Of a DNA stretch of 64,000 bases, positions 12,142 through 24,530 are shown one piece after another. A model generated the notes under the pieces. The model made no database searches, was not told the origin of the DNA, and saw only the letters and a list, made by a program, of their open reading frames with translations. Source of the stretch: Marsupella aquatica (Eukaryota > Plantae > Marchantiophyta); assembly GCA_973895155.1 (NCBI GenBank), contig OZ316897.1, positions 11,989,832 through 12,053,831 of the forward strand. Direction: 5' to 3'. The first letter of the stretch is position 1. The number at the start of each line of letters is the position of its first letter. The position numbers were made by a program, and so were the translations under genes.

Positions 12142-14696
12142 AATAATACCATATAAAACAAAATAATAAATTTGTCAAAGATGGCAAGATTTGCTTTTAA
12201 CTTCTTTCATGGTATTGGCCAATTTCATGGCAACCACTTGTTGTATGGCCCTAACTACTTTTTCTGTTCCAGAGATTCACATTTTCTTGTCTGTTCCCAA
12301 ACAATCACTTCAGTTTTTACATATATTAATGTCCTAGTTACTGGCATTATATCTCATGGTGCTCTATAACCAGGACATTCTCGTAATTGTTCACCAATCT
12401 GTCAAATTAAGGAAAACCATAGGCTGGTTTCCCTTCTTACAAAACTATAAACTAAGCAACTTACAAAATTGAAGCACAATGGGCCTCCCCAAAAAGAATC
12501 CAATGTAATTCTTTTGGTTTTTCGAGGCAAAAAACAAAACAAAAGCCTTCTTTTATGTTCACATAGTAGCCATTACACTGAAGAGTGAATTGTGGCAAAG
12601 GAACAAGACCTGTCATCTTTGGAAACTTATAGGTCTCTCAATTCTCAATGAAATCTGACTCTAATAGGCTCATTAACAAGATCTTTCAAAGCAGTTTCTA
12701 GAAATGAATGTAAGAACATCAGATTCCATTGGATATCGAGGGAGATATTGAAAGAAACTTAGCTGCCTCAAAAACTTTGAAGAAGCGCAGAGTGTGGACA
12801 TTGTGATGGAGCAATCCCTCTTCTTTCTATTCAGCCCAAGAAGAGTTCATTCCTTTAAATATCAAGGGAGATAAATTCTGTTGTTAAGAACTTCTTGGGG
12901 ACAAAAAGGGTATCAATGAGTGAATGTGTGAAAGGTATCAAGTTTTATGGAGGTTATCTTGTTCACGGACATCATTTGAAGCCTGGATGGACCTCCACAT
13001 TTGCCAAATGCTTGAATAGAATTATACAACTCGGACGGCCTGCTGCAAAACCATCTTTTCTGCTCACATAGTCATGTTACACTGAGCCAAATGTGTAAAA
13101 GAAAATTAAACACTTATCTTTCTAAATTTGTTGGTCTCCCAATTCTCAATAAAATCTGTCCAATAAAATCTGTCAAGAAAACTAGACACTCATCTTTCTA
13201 GATCTATGGGTGTCTCAATTCTCAATGCAAAGTGTCAAAGAAAATTGAACACCCATGTTTCGAAATTTGTAGGTCGACCATTCGTCAATGAAATTTGACA
13301 GCGAAGATGGATTTCATCACATCTCGTGAGCCCCTTTGTGGGCAAGAATGGATTTGAACAGAAAAAGCCCAAAGAGGTGCTCAGCATTGAGCGGGCGATG
13401 GAGATGGAGCCGAGTTTCAGGCTGAGACCACACCAGAATTCGTCTCCTTCGTCATCGTGGTTGTCTCGTCCATTGCCGTCTGCCACGATTTCGTGCCTCG
13501 CCATTGCTGCTGCTCCTCTTCGCTCTTCCTCGTGCGCGCTTCAGAATTGTCGCGGTTCCCGCATTGCACCATTAGCGGCAGGAAGGAGAAGCTCTGCTCC
13601 TCGCGTGCCTCCCCGACGAGCTACAACATCCAGCGTAAGAAGGCGGCGGCAGCTGCAGGCGAGCAAGAGGCTGCCAGTAACTTGTGGTGATTTGTCTTTG
13701 GTCTTTACCTTCCCGTAGCTATTCAATTGCATGTCCAGTGCTGGAGAATCACTGACTGAATGAATGAATGAAAATTGAATGTGTGTGATGAGTAGGCCCA
13801 CCGGGATTCAATTGCATGTCCAGTGTAGGAGAAATGACTGACTGACTGAATTTATTTATTTATTAAAGATTCAATGAATGAGGGAATCAAATGGATTCAA
13901 GATCTAACGAATGAACGATTTGAATGATTGAATGACTTTGATAAGAAGGCCACCGGGAACCAAACGGGGTGATGATGAATAAGAATGAGCAATGTGCAAG
14001 TTTCCAATCAATATTAAGCGTGTAAATCACACTTTTAGCCAATCATAGAGAATCTCCCACTCGAGGGCTTTAGAAAGAGCAAAAGAATAACGACTAAATC
14101 GAACTTCAACTTGAAAGGGGAATGACCTACCCAGAAAAAAGAGATGGCGATCAGAGAGAACGAAAAGTATTCTTCGGAATACTCATTGTCCACAAGGAAA
14201 GAGTGGAGAAGAAGAGTGGAGAACTTAGATGGAATTCGAAGTCCAGTCTGTGACCTTGGGACTGAACATGAATAGTGGGGTGAGTATTAAATTTGCTTTC
14301 TGGCATAAAGGTGAGGTCGGCAGCTTTTGGGAATGGGTCTGCAAGGTCATATTTTAGATATTCTTTCAACTGTGCACCACACGGATACTTTGAAGTTTGT
14401 GTGTTGGGTACTATCATTCTGTGAAAGGCAACTTTCCATCTTTGCTGCATTTTCCAACTTACTTTCCACATACACTACATTTCAACTTGCACATTTTGTA
14501 ATTTTTGTTTATTTGTGGCAGCCTCTCATGGGATTTGAGAAACGGAAAAGCAACTAAAATTGGTGAAAACACGTACTGTGAACTCATTGATCTTGAAGTG
14601 TTTGGTGTTCGTAATGTCTGTCCCACATTTGACTTCACCGGCTGTTACTCACCTCGGCCCTGGTTCTGCTGGTTCTGTACAGAACTTGGAGTCGAG

Positions 14697-17455
14697 ATGG
14701 AATATACTCAAGAGCAGGTGCCCGACGGTACACTTGAACTACCAGATGCTGCGGCTTTTAGCGTTGTGGCGAACAACAAGGGACTGATCTCTATCTGTGG
14801 GTTTGGATCTCTACTCTCAGGTAAAACCCCTTACCTTCGCCTGAATGGGACCAGTGACAGTCTAGAAAGTGTGCTTTATATTTGGAACTCGTTGGCAAAG
14901 TGCTGTAGTAACAGAATAGGGGACGCCCTGCCTGTTTCTCCTTCATCTCCCTCCAATGTTCGACTGACATATCTCCTTGATTTATGTCTCATGATGTCAA
15001 TCCCACAGAGAAAAGTGCACGATATACCTTCCCGAATCTTCTGCATTTCAGAATGGCTGTGCTACCTGGTTTTAGGCGAGTTTTCGCTCATGTGGCTCCT
15101 GTTTTCTTAGAAAGAGGTATTGCCAACGTTGCTACCAAGGTTTGTCCTCAGTTGTGCCCTGTCCTTGAGGAAAAAATCATCTCTCCTACTTTAAGTCCTT
15201 CAAGCCACAGTATTGTTTGGGGGTGCGCTGGAAATCATGGTCTCATTTCGTCTAAATGCAACATCTATCTTTCCAGGCACTTGCCGATTCATAAAGTAGT
15301 CAATCCACGTTATCAGAAATTGTTGCTAGGAAAGGTACTCATTGGACGCTTCGAAGTTTTATGTCCTCCCTTGCCAAACTTTTCATAAGTGATGATTTCC
15401 GGGATAGCTACATGTACCGGAGACCTCCGTCTCCCTGGATTTCGTCTATTATGCCGAGTTAGATTTATCTGAACGTCCTGTTGTACTTCCGGTCTACTTA
15501 TAAGGTGTGGGATTGATGTCCTGCGCAGGAGATTTCCAGTCTCAGTGTGGAGCCTTGTCCTGGGGGATCTGTCATTGTTACTGTGTTTGAAATATCTATC
15601 TCAGAGGTGAGTGATGTCGATTGTGTAAGGAAAGTAGTCTTCAAAGGCCAAGGGAATAGAGTTTGTGGTAGCAAAGGCTCCCTTGTCGAAAGGGTTGATG
15701 AATTTGAGCAAAATCGGATTTCAGAGAAGGATTTACAACTATGTTTTGTTGTTATTCAAACGAAAACAAACTGAACTGGATCTTTTGTTGATTAAAATGT
15801 AGTTGTAATTCGACACATGTAACTTGAGAAGTATTTATCGAAGACACGTTGACGGAATGTCTGCTGCAGGTGCCTGCATTTATCGAGAGAGAGCATGAAT
15901 TTCGGTTTCTAGCGGTAAGTGGTCTGGTCTATTGATTCTGCGCTACAAGAATGAGAAGACCTGAACGCAACGTTTGACACTATCGCAGCTGATTCAAGGT
16001 TGACAGTAGAACATTAGGCACCAAACGAAATTGCACCTTGGCATGACCAATTGACCATGTAAACCTGATCAATGGCATCCTCGGTTGAATCTTGGGGCAT
16101 ATCGTGTATAGTTTTGCAATTGCTTTGATGAAATTAGCATTTTCACGGGGAATGTCTCTTACAAATGAATTTACAAAAGAATAAAACTGCACATATTTCT
16201 GAGGGTTGATAGAAAAGTAGATGCGGCATGAACATAGATATCCCGTTCACTTCGAGTACAATATCTGGGTCTTACATTTTCCAATTGTTCTTTTATGAGG
16301 GTGCGAAGCTTTGCTGTGACATTCTGAGCATTAATCTTTGCAGGTCACTTTATTCTCTCTGCAAGGAGAAGCGTTATCCAGTAAGGCCGTAAGTTTTTAG
16401 ACCTTATCTGAAATGTCACTCATGTGCCGATATCGTTGGTTTGGGTTTTGGCTTTCTTCATTTCGGTTCGCTCAATCATATTTCTTACCGAGGGCTAGCC
16501 GGTCCGAATTTTAATATTATGAAGGGCTTCCTCTTGTGCCCGCGTCAGTGATAATCTCAGCTAGTTTATATCGACTTTGTACAGTGCCCTTGCAGTAGTT
16601 TGAGGGCAGTGCTTGAAAATTGACTAAATGTTTTTTCCTGCAATGCATAGGTCATTTGCGCAAGATACAGTGACAAGGAGTACAGGCAATATCGCTGCCA
16701 AGGTCTTAGCTCGTTCATCTTTCAACTCTGCTTTCTACTAATAAAGTGCATGAGTCATGGGTAGCAGTGGTTCTGTGAGGCTGTGCTTATTGTCGTATAC
16801 GTGCTTGCATCTGTTTACTTCTGAAAACATGTCGTTGGGACTATTCCTTGTATGGGATCAACTTACACAATATCTCAATATCTGAGATAGGTGGAATTTT
16901 GGATTTAGGAGCTCCATCTTCTGATGTTGATATCTTGACGCTACAATTTATCACATGTTCGAATTTTGGGTATTCCGAGTAAGAGTGTTCCTATCATTGA
17001 TTAACATCAAGACAGGGTTGGATAGACAATGAGGAGTACCATAGGAGGTATGGTCGCTTCAACATCGACAAGATATGGAGTGACGACATCCTTCCTTGCA
17101 GAGTCTACTTGAGGCATTGGTACGAGCATCATCCTCTGTACTCTGCTGCTAGTACCTCTAGGTAGTACCACAAAAGTTCTAAAACACTTCTCCGAAATAT
17201 TCCACTAAAGTTTTAAGTTCTTTGATCAGAATCCTCTAGTATAAAACTGGTTACCAGATATGGCTTCTTCATAAGATTTTGTGTTGGTGCAGTGTGCTTG
17301 CAGCCAAGAATTTGGGCCAAGGTGCCTATGATAGCTTTCTTGACCACACATATCTGGGGGATCGAATCACCACCATACGACAACACTTGGCCATGGATGA
17401 GCAGATCATGCAAGAAGAACCGCCTCCTTCTCTTCGGGAGCGTTATGGGGGTTAA
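14697..17455 (+). CDS. Conserved plant protein with GGCT/ChaC-like fold (8 exons; possible upstream transit-peptide exon 13398-13686)
   Basis: Exons 14697-14820, 15009-15139, 15529-15606, 15870-15914, 16344-16388, 16651-16702, 17026-17119, 17293-17455 splice in frame with GT-AG sites. Motifs ICGFGSLLSEKSAR, GFRRVFAH, FIEREHEFRF, ILPCRVYLRHCVLAA, ending PPPSLRERYGG*. Confidence 0.8.
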
Positions 17456-18102
17456 TTAAGTTTGGGTTATTGGTTAAGACACTTTGCCGTAAAATCAAAT
17501 TCAAGGTATTGAGGTATATGCCATGTGCTGGACTGTGATATCATATTACAAACTCCTAAAACTATCATGCATTATTTCAGTCCACCAGTTAAATGCTCTC
17601 CTGTAATCCATAGGGCTGAATTGAAGAATTGTTTTGGCATCACGCGGGAGTATCGACTTGCCTTTTGATTTGCTAGTAAGATGTGTCACAGGCAGTGCGC
17701 TCGTCAGGATGTGTAGTCAATTCGGCGTGTTATCCATGGAAGTCAAATTCTGAGGCTCATTGTCACAATTCGAGATTTAGGCAATAAGAGCTGATTCGAG
17801 CTTGGCTGACTATTCCGAAATTAGCACCCAGATATGGTAAAAAAAATATTGAAATAGATGGGAAACCATCGTTACATCCATGTCCACGACACACTGAAAG
17901 AAGCAAAATTGACGAAGCCAACTTAGATTGCAGGGCGAATCTGTCGAAGCACACCGTAAGACCAAATAGCACCGATACGGAACTAAACAAAAGTGAAAGG
18001 ATGATCTGATAATTCGACAATGTGGACAAATTTATGGACCTTGCTTTCTACTTTTAGAGGTTACTCACGAAAAATACTGTCGGAATGAAAGCTCGGACAG
18101 GA

Positions 18103-18315
18103 TGAGAACATGAGCAATCCTTTCAATCAGGTATAACTGTTGAGAAACTGAGCCATGGGTGCCGCCCACCTGAAGTTTATATGGGTGTAACATAGATCAA
18201 AGATCGAGAAACTAGGCAATGAGAACTTGAGCAACCCTTTCAATCAGGTATAACTGTTGAGAAACGGAGAAGCTGAGCGATGGGTGCCACCCACCTGAAG
18301 TTTATATGGGTGTAA
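18103..18315. repeat. Direct duplication (~90 bp x2)
   Basis: gagcaa(t/c)cctttcaatcaggtataactgttgagaaac...cccacctgaagtttatatgggtgtaa appears twice. Confidence 0.9.
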
Positions 18316-19235
18316 GGATGGAGAAACTAGGCAATGGTTCCAGGACTCAGGGACTCGAACTGAGAGGTTTGCCCCTTCGTTTTCTTAGCCCAGACCCCTA
18401 AAACGAGTACTCCTTAGTCTCCTTCATTCCCCTCGACTGTCTACACGTGTGTATTGGAGCGTTGCTGTATTTTCAGGTAATCTGGCGTGAATCGAATTGC
18501 TTGACTGAATCATTAGGTTTTTCTCCGAAGTTGAAGGAGTTTGTGAGTATGTTGGCTATAAGTTGTGCCTACCTGAAGAGCGATACTGACAGAAAAGGAG
18601 TCCCCCCAGATCCCAATTCAGAAATTGAATGAAGAATTGAATCAAACTTCAATTGTGATCGAAGTGATGAACAGCAATTGAGTCAAGTATCAAATGTAAC
18701 TATCGTCTTATAGAGGATCTCATTTTGACGGCTAGAGAGTTGTGTGGATAATTTAATAGGTCTCTTATCCACCAATTACAAATCCTTTCCGATGACTTCA
18801 TCGATCACGAAAGTGATCGATCCAAGGACTCACTAAATGCAAACTCGAGGGAATGGGTAGTTCTCAAACAAGCTCCTTAAGGGGCACAGATAAATTACCG
18901 AGATTTAGAGTTCAGACTTAAATCACGGATCAATTTCAGGCAGAATGTCGGCCTTTGATTATAAATAGAGTTTTAGAGAGCCATTATGCTTTCGAATCAC
19001 AATTTTCGAAATTTTCTGCAAGAATCCTTCGGATAACCTAAAATATCCGTTGTGATCATTGATATCCTAGATTTTCGATAATGACCTACAATTCAGCTCC
19101 AATTCTTTTCATCTTAGACGGGCGTACACATTGTCGTTTCTACGCGACCTGCAGAAGATAGATGTGAATCTTGTGTGCCAAGCTGTAGAAATCTAGTGCA
19201 TTGTAAGAAAGGCTAGAGAAAAAGGCTAGAGAACA

Positions 19236-20318
19236 ATGGCATCTGAAAGGAAGAGAAGCTGCTGGTCTGAGTTGGACCGAAGAAGATCCTACTCTCAACG
19301 GAAAAGCCAGATGGTTCGGAAATCCTCGTGGGTGGAGAGAAAAAGTCTATGGGATGCTATGCTGGAAGGGGCAGATGACAAAGAAACTGAGTTCCAGCGA
19401 CATTTGGACGATCTGGAGCACCTTGTGAGTAAAAGTGGGTCAGGAGTCCTATTTGCTCTTTTCAGATGCCTCCAATGCGCCATGCGCTTGGATACCAACA
19501 AGCCGAACCCTCTTCTCAATCATCTATACCGCGTCTTGCTGCCACAACTCATGGGTTGGTTGTATATGAACGAACCCTCATGTTACTGGCAAGAAGATTT
19601 AGAGCTTGGAAACACAGATGAGATTGTGCTGAAGTGTCTCGTGTACATCCAAGACATGTGCAGCGATCTGTTGCGGTTTCTAACCAAGCCGCAGGAAGAG
19701 GAGAACTTTGTCAATGCCATGTCGTTACTGCGGATTGTAACCCTTGGGATAGACAAGACGACTTACTTCCACAGGACTCATAAGTTCAGAAAAATTCCAA
19801 CGAAGGAGTTCACTCCCTATGGAGCGCATCACTTCACGAATTGCATCTCTGGCGATGACACCAAAACCAAAATGTGTACAACTTGTCACAAAGAAGGTGC
19901 AAGTACTGAATACCGATGGATCACCATTCTTCTGGAGAATTTTGGGCAAGCTAATTGGACCAACTATGAATTCCTTGCCCGGACTCTGGAGAATCCACGA
20001 AGTTTCAAGAAGCTGCCATTAGAAGCTACTGAAGCCATCCTCTCATTTGTAGCGAAAGCCATTCCGTTTCTGGACCCTGCCATTGCCCACACGTTTCTTC
20101 CGGGGTCCTTGGCTGTGATGGAGCTCATGGTGCAATACGATGAGCCAGGAGCTCGACCAAGCGATCGGTTCATATCGAACATTCTAATGATTGATAAGCA
20201 TCTGGATGCAATTTTCGGTTTCGTTCTCCGACCTGATGCCAAAGAATGGTTAATGAAGTATGTCCGAGTTTCCAAATACCGTGACCTGCTGGGTTACAAA
20301 CCCAAGAAATTGTGGTGA
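19236..20318 (+). CDS. 360-aa intronless protein, resembles the N-terminal helical region of FAF/USP9X/USP24 deubiquitinases (no catalytic domain)
   Basis: Uninterrupted ATG-to-stop ORF with protein-like composition. Motif order LDDLEHLV..., EPSCYWQED, LGIDKTTYFHRTH, RWITILLENFGQAN parallels the USP9X N-terminus as recalled. Confidence 0.6.
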   Translation: MASERKRSCWSELDRRRSYSQRKSQMVRKSSWVERKSLWDAMLEGADDKETEFQRHLDDLEHLVSKSGSGVLFALFRCLQCAMRLDTNKPNPLLNHLYRVLLPQLMGWLYMNEPSCYWQEDLELGNTDEIVLKCLVYIQDMCSDLLRFLTKPQEEENFVNAMSLLRIVTLGIDKTTYFHRTHKFRKIPTKEFTPYGAHHFTNCISGDDTKTKMCTTCHKEGASTEYRWITILLENFGQANWTNYEFLARTLENPRSFKKLPLEATEAILSFVAKAIPFLDPAIAHTFLPGSLAVMELMVQYDEPGARPSDRFISNILMIDKHLDAIFGFVLRPDAKEWLMKYVRVSKYRDLLGYKPKKLW

Positions 20319-21992
20319 CTTGCGAGACTTGCTTTCTGTGGTTCATTTGTCAGATTACTTGAAATTCCGTCGCCTATGAACACTCGATTGCAAATGTAAG
20401 TTATCTGTACAAAAGTAAAGATGTTATGTTTGGCGGTGGAAACTGACATCTCTCCGAGAAGGGCCACAATACTGGATTAAACAGCGAAGGTGCTGAATCT
20501 CGAATCAATCGTGCTGTGAGTGTATATGCCTAAAGTAACGTTGGGTCGATTGAACTACTTGTCTTCCATACATAGATTCTTCGCAACTAACATATAATTA
20601 CAGAAGGCATAATTATTAGATTAAATCATAGAGCACTAGATAGAATCTTCGAATCTCTTCGGTACATTGCAGGAATCGTATGGTCGTCTGAGGGCAAGTT
20701 AAAATGAACCAGAACCATGAGCCAGACCATTATTTTCCATGTTCAAATCTTTATCTCAAAAGCCTGCGGAACTGATAATTTATCATAGACAAATTGAAAA
20801 AGAGTCTTCATTTTCTAATGTTTACAAAACTTCATCTCGAAAAAAGCTCATCTGATATTAAAATGTGAAATGATATACAGACAATAAATTTTAACTACAT
20901 AACTAATCCCTAAGTACTGAGGAGGCCATACGAAAGCGGCAATTCGACTTCTTGACGTCAAAGTTCCAGCACATCTAAGTGGGTCAATTCGGTACGTGGT
21001 ACGTTGAAGTCAAACTCCCAGCATTTCTAAGTGGGTGAGTGTACACCCCCAAGTACCAGCTTGCGCACGTGGGCATAGCCTATGAGCATGATAGGGGTTT
21101 ACCGATTAGGTAGGAAGGAATCAATTTCCTCTATTGCAGCTCTCTCTCTGTCTCTCTCCAGAATAGGTCACTACTACTGGAATTAAAAATGCAAAGAGTG
21201 CAGGTAAAGCCACTGGTTGCCAACTCAAATGATAATACACGCGTCAGTTGTGCCTGAGATGATGACAAATGCCCGACTAGGATACAAGTCACAGATTGCG
21301 AACCCAAACAATGATACTTGCTCCCTAGTGCCTGGGATAGTGACCGCGTGAGTTACAGACTTTCGGTGGACGGTCAAACTCTGAAAGCGCAAACTCCTTC
21401 TATCCTCATTCCACCGAATTCCTGCAACATTCTTTGTGAGGAAGTACATTTAGGCGACAGTAATGGATTCATATGCTCATTGCACCAGACTCTTGCGACA
21501 TCTCTTCATGAGGGAGTGTCTCTAGGCGAAGAGAAACTTTCCTAATTCCTACCAACACTCTGCCTACATTACAGCCTCCGGCTTAGTGAAGCATCTCAAT
21601 TCCCTTCACCAGCAAGAATGCAGAATATGTGGCCTAATCTCAGGACTAGTCTATCTTCAAATTTATCTCGATATTCAGTCTGTGACTTCCAAAGAATGTA
21701 ATTGGGCTTATGGCAGCGTGTGGCGTTATGGCCAGGAACAACACGCTGAATTGTGTTGTCCTCACCTTGTTTGTACTGCCCAACCCAGCTATACAGTAAG
21801 TGATTGATGAGAATCTTAAAAATCTAGCTGCTTTGAGCAAATTGCCTTAATAGATGCAATTGGCCGGCTGCTCAAAAGAAACTGAACGTGCTGATTTGAA
21901 ATCAAGCAGACTCTTCGGTGTCTGTATTGCCTAAGACAGAGAGAACTTGCACAATTGGGAGACTTAATTTCCTGAACTAGAAGTTGACAGCA

Positions 21993-22985
21993 TTAGGGTT
22001 GTAGCTGCTCATGCGGTTGAGAACGACTCAAGACATCTTCAACTCGACTTCTTTTCATAAGAGGTTGGTCGGATTGTCTATCATCTGGAGCAGCACTGTT
22101 GACATGGCTGGCCGAGTTAAACCCCAACTGCTCAGCGGTGCTCTGAGGCTGTAACCGGGGCCCTGGACCCGCAATGGGATGCTCACTATCACTAGAAGGG
22201 ACAGCGAGCAAGGTTGCAGAGTTCAAGTTATTTCCTCCAGAGATCCTGTGAGGCATAGACTCTGCTGAAGATGTCTTGAATCCCAAACCTCCCGCTGCTG
22301 CTGCAGATGGTTCTCTCGTTGTCAAAGGTGCCACTGGCGAAAATAGACGTGCTCCAGCAGATGCCTCAGGAGGAGCAACACGGTGGTGATCATTCTGAAC
22401 CAGAGCTTCACTTTTCTGCTGCTCTTCGATGATCTTCTGCAGATACTTCCCTTGAGCCTCAATGCGCAGTTGAAGATGCCGTTGGACCTCTAATTGCTCA
22501 TGCAGCCGTTTCTGCACTTCCATCTGCATGCGTAGCGCTTCAGTTATTTCATTCCCCGATTTGCTATCGATCGTCGGAATCATGTCTTCGGGCATTTTCT
22601 GCTTGTCAAGCTTTCCCCCATCGGCAGACGTCTCCGGGATGTACTTGGCGAGACGATATTTCTGGAGGTGACTTTTCACATGATAGATGGTTAGCCCTTG
22701 CACGCCCATCACCCTCAGCACCCCCTTCGGAGTAGCTCTATCCGCACCACCCAGTTCAGTCACAGCATCGATGAAACGCCCATGAAGCTCCGGCGTCCAG
22801 CGCAAACGCTGCTTCCCAGCCGAACCTCCCCCTCCTCCACCCCCTCCAGAAGCGGCAGGGCTACCGCCCGAATCAGCTGGCCCAGCAACATCGCTTCTGC
22901 TCCGTTGCTCAGGGCCAGGACCCAACCCCAACCGTTGGGGAACTGGAGCCGTTGCCATCAGGAATTTCTCTGCACCATACATCAC
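21993..22985 (-). CDS. PHL: PHR1-like (PHL) MYB-CC transcription factor, intronless CDS
   Basis: GARP Myb domain KQRLRWTPELHGRFIDAVTELGG...VKSHLQKYR and coiled coil EALRMQMEVQKRLHEQLEVQRHLQLRIEAQGKYL. Confidence 0.95.
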   Translation of the reverse strand: MMYGAEKFLMATAPVPQRLGLGPGPEQRSRSDVAGPADSGGSPAASGGGGGGGGSAGKQRLRWTPELHGRFIDAVTELGGADRATPKGVLRVMGVQGLTIYHVKSHLQKYRLAKYIPETSADGGKLDKQKMPEDMIPTIDSKSGNEITEALRMQMEVQKRLHEQLEVQRHLQLRIEAQGKYLQKIIEEQQKSEALVQNDHHRVAPPEASAGARLFSPVAPLTTREPSAAAAGGLGFKTSSAESMPHRISGGNNLNSATLLAVPSSDSEHPIAGPGPRLQPQSTAEQLGFNSASHVNSAAPDDRQSDQPLMKRSRVEDVLSRSQPHEQLQP

Positions 22986-23016
22986 AGAGAAGGACCAAAC
23001 ACCAATTCACTTTGCA

Positions 23017-23305
23017 AGACAAGCAATGGGAGCAGCAGACCTGCCGTCCTCCAGCCACCCAGTCGGCCAGCAAGCGGGGTGACACTTCCCCGACGATGTG
23101 AGGCCTCTCCCTGACAAGAATTATCCGTCCGTCCGTCGGCAGGAAGAAATCGCACTATACAAGGGAAGAAACCAATTCAGCTTGCAAGAGACGCAATGGC
23201 AGCAGCAGACCTGCCGTCCTCCAGCCAGCCCAGTCAGTCAGCCACCGGGGTGACAATTCCCGAGAGAAGTGCGGGCAGTCCCTAGCAAAATTATTGTCCG
23301 TCCGT
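23017..23305. repeat. Diverged duplication in the PHL 5' leader
   Basis: gcaatgg(g/c)agcagcagacctgccgtcctccagcca...ggggtgaca...tccgtccgtccg occurs at ~23023 and ~23193. Confidence 0.85.
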
Positions 23306-24409
23306 CCGCAGGGAGAAAAACACATGGGACAGGGAACGAAACGGGGCCAAACTCCTAAATTTTTTTCAGTTGAACGTCTCTCCGGCGAAAAGGTCATGCT
23401 CTAACGAGCAAGTGAGCCGCAGGAGCCATCATTCAAAGATCACCGAATGCTCGATATGCCCGTCTAAAGACACAAGGTGGTTGTAAAGCTAAGATTTTCT
23501 GTGCTGAGCTCTGCCAAAGGTGCTTCAAACAAATGCGCTGCACTAGCGAACGGCAACGAGACAGAGTTACTAGCCGAGCTCAGATTTCTTTGATGGAGGA
23601 GCTTGAGAAAATGCTTCGACCTAGTTGCGACCGACTTGAACCAGACACAGTTTTACGTGGGAATTGATAGGGAGCTAAGAGCTCCTCAAAGAGCTTTACC
23701 AAAATGCTTCAACTTAGTATACTTGCGACCAAATTGACGAATGAAACGAGCGCTCTCAAAGACCCAAGTGCGAGAGGCGACGCTCAGGCACTAACACAAC
23801 ACCGAGAGGCAAAGCTGCTACTGCACAAACGCGTTCTCTGCCATGCCCTGCCGTGCTCCGACTAACAATAATTCTTCCTCTAGCTTCCACTCAGGAGATG
23901 CTCATCTCTCTTCCTGCCGTTGCTCCACTGCGTCTCCTTGTGAGCGGACCACTCTCGAGCATTCATGACTGCCCGCCGGCCTCCGAATGGTCTGCGAGTG
24001 CAGGTGCGAAAGAATCGGATTCAGCCGTGGCGCTCCTCCTCGACGTCATAACCACCAAACTCGTTGCCGAACTAAAAACGAAAGCAAAAAACGAGAACAT
24101 TCCTCTGCATCTAGACCGACCGGAGAGGCACTAAAACGATACGAGACTGACTGATTACAACATCATTCTGTCGATTCGATTCCGACAGGAGTGCGCCTAG
24201 ATTTCCACAATACGTGAACCGAGCTAGCTAGATAGCTAGGTGCGACTTGGATTGCAACTCCCACCTAGAATTGAGGCTCTACCACCCAACAAAACAGAGG
24301 AGCAAACACCAAGAGTACACGAGAGGAGACTGCTGCTTCTAGAGTACAGAGCAGTAGCCGCAAAGATACCGTCCGCTTCTTTGTCAACGACAAAATATCG
24401 GTATCTTTC

Positions 24410-24530
24410 CAGGACGGAAGGACGGACTCGACGGCAGATAGACGGCGGATAGACGGCAGATAGACGGCAGATAGACGGAAGGACAGACGGAAGGATAGAC
24501 GGGAGGACGGACGGAAGGACGGACGGGCGG
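24410..24530. repeat. GACG/GGAC-rich short tandem repeats at the probable PHL transcription start region
   Basis: Runs of agacggcagat and ggacggaagg, followed by an abrupt switch to T-rich sequence. Confidence 0.6.
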
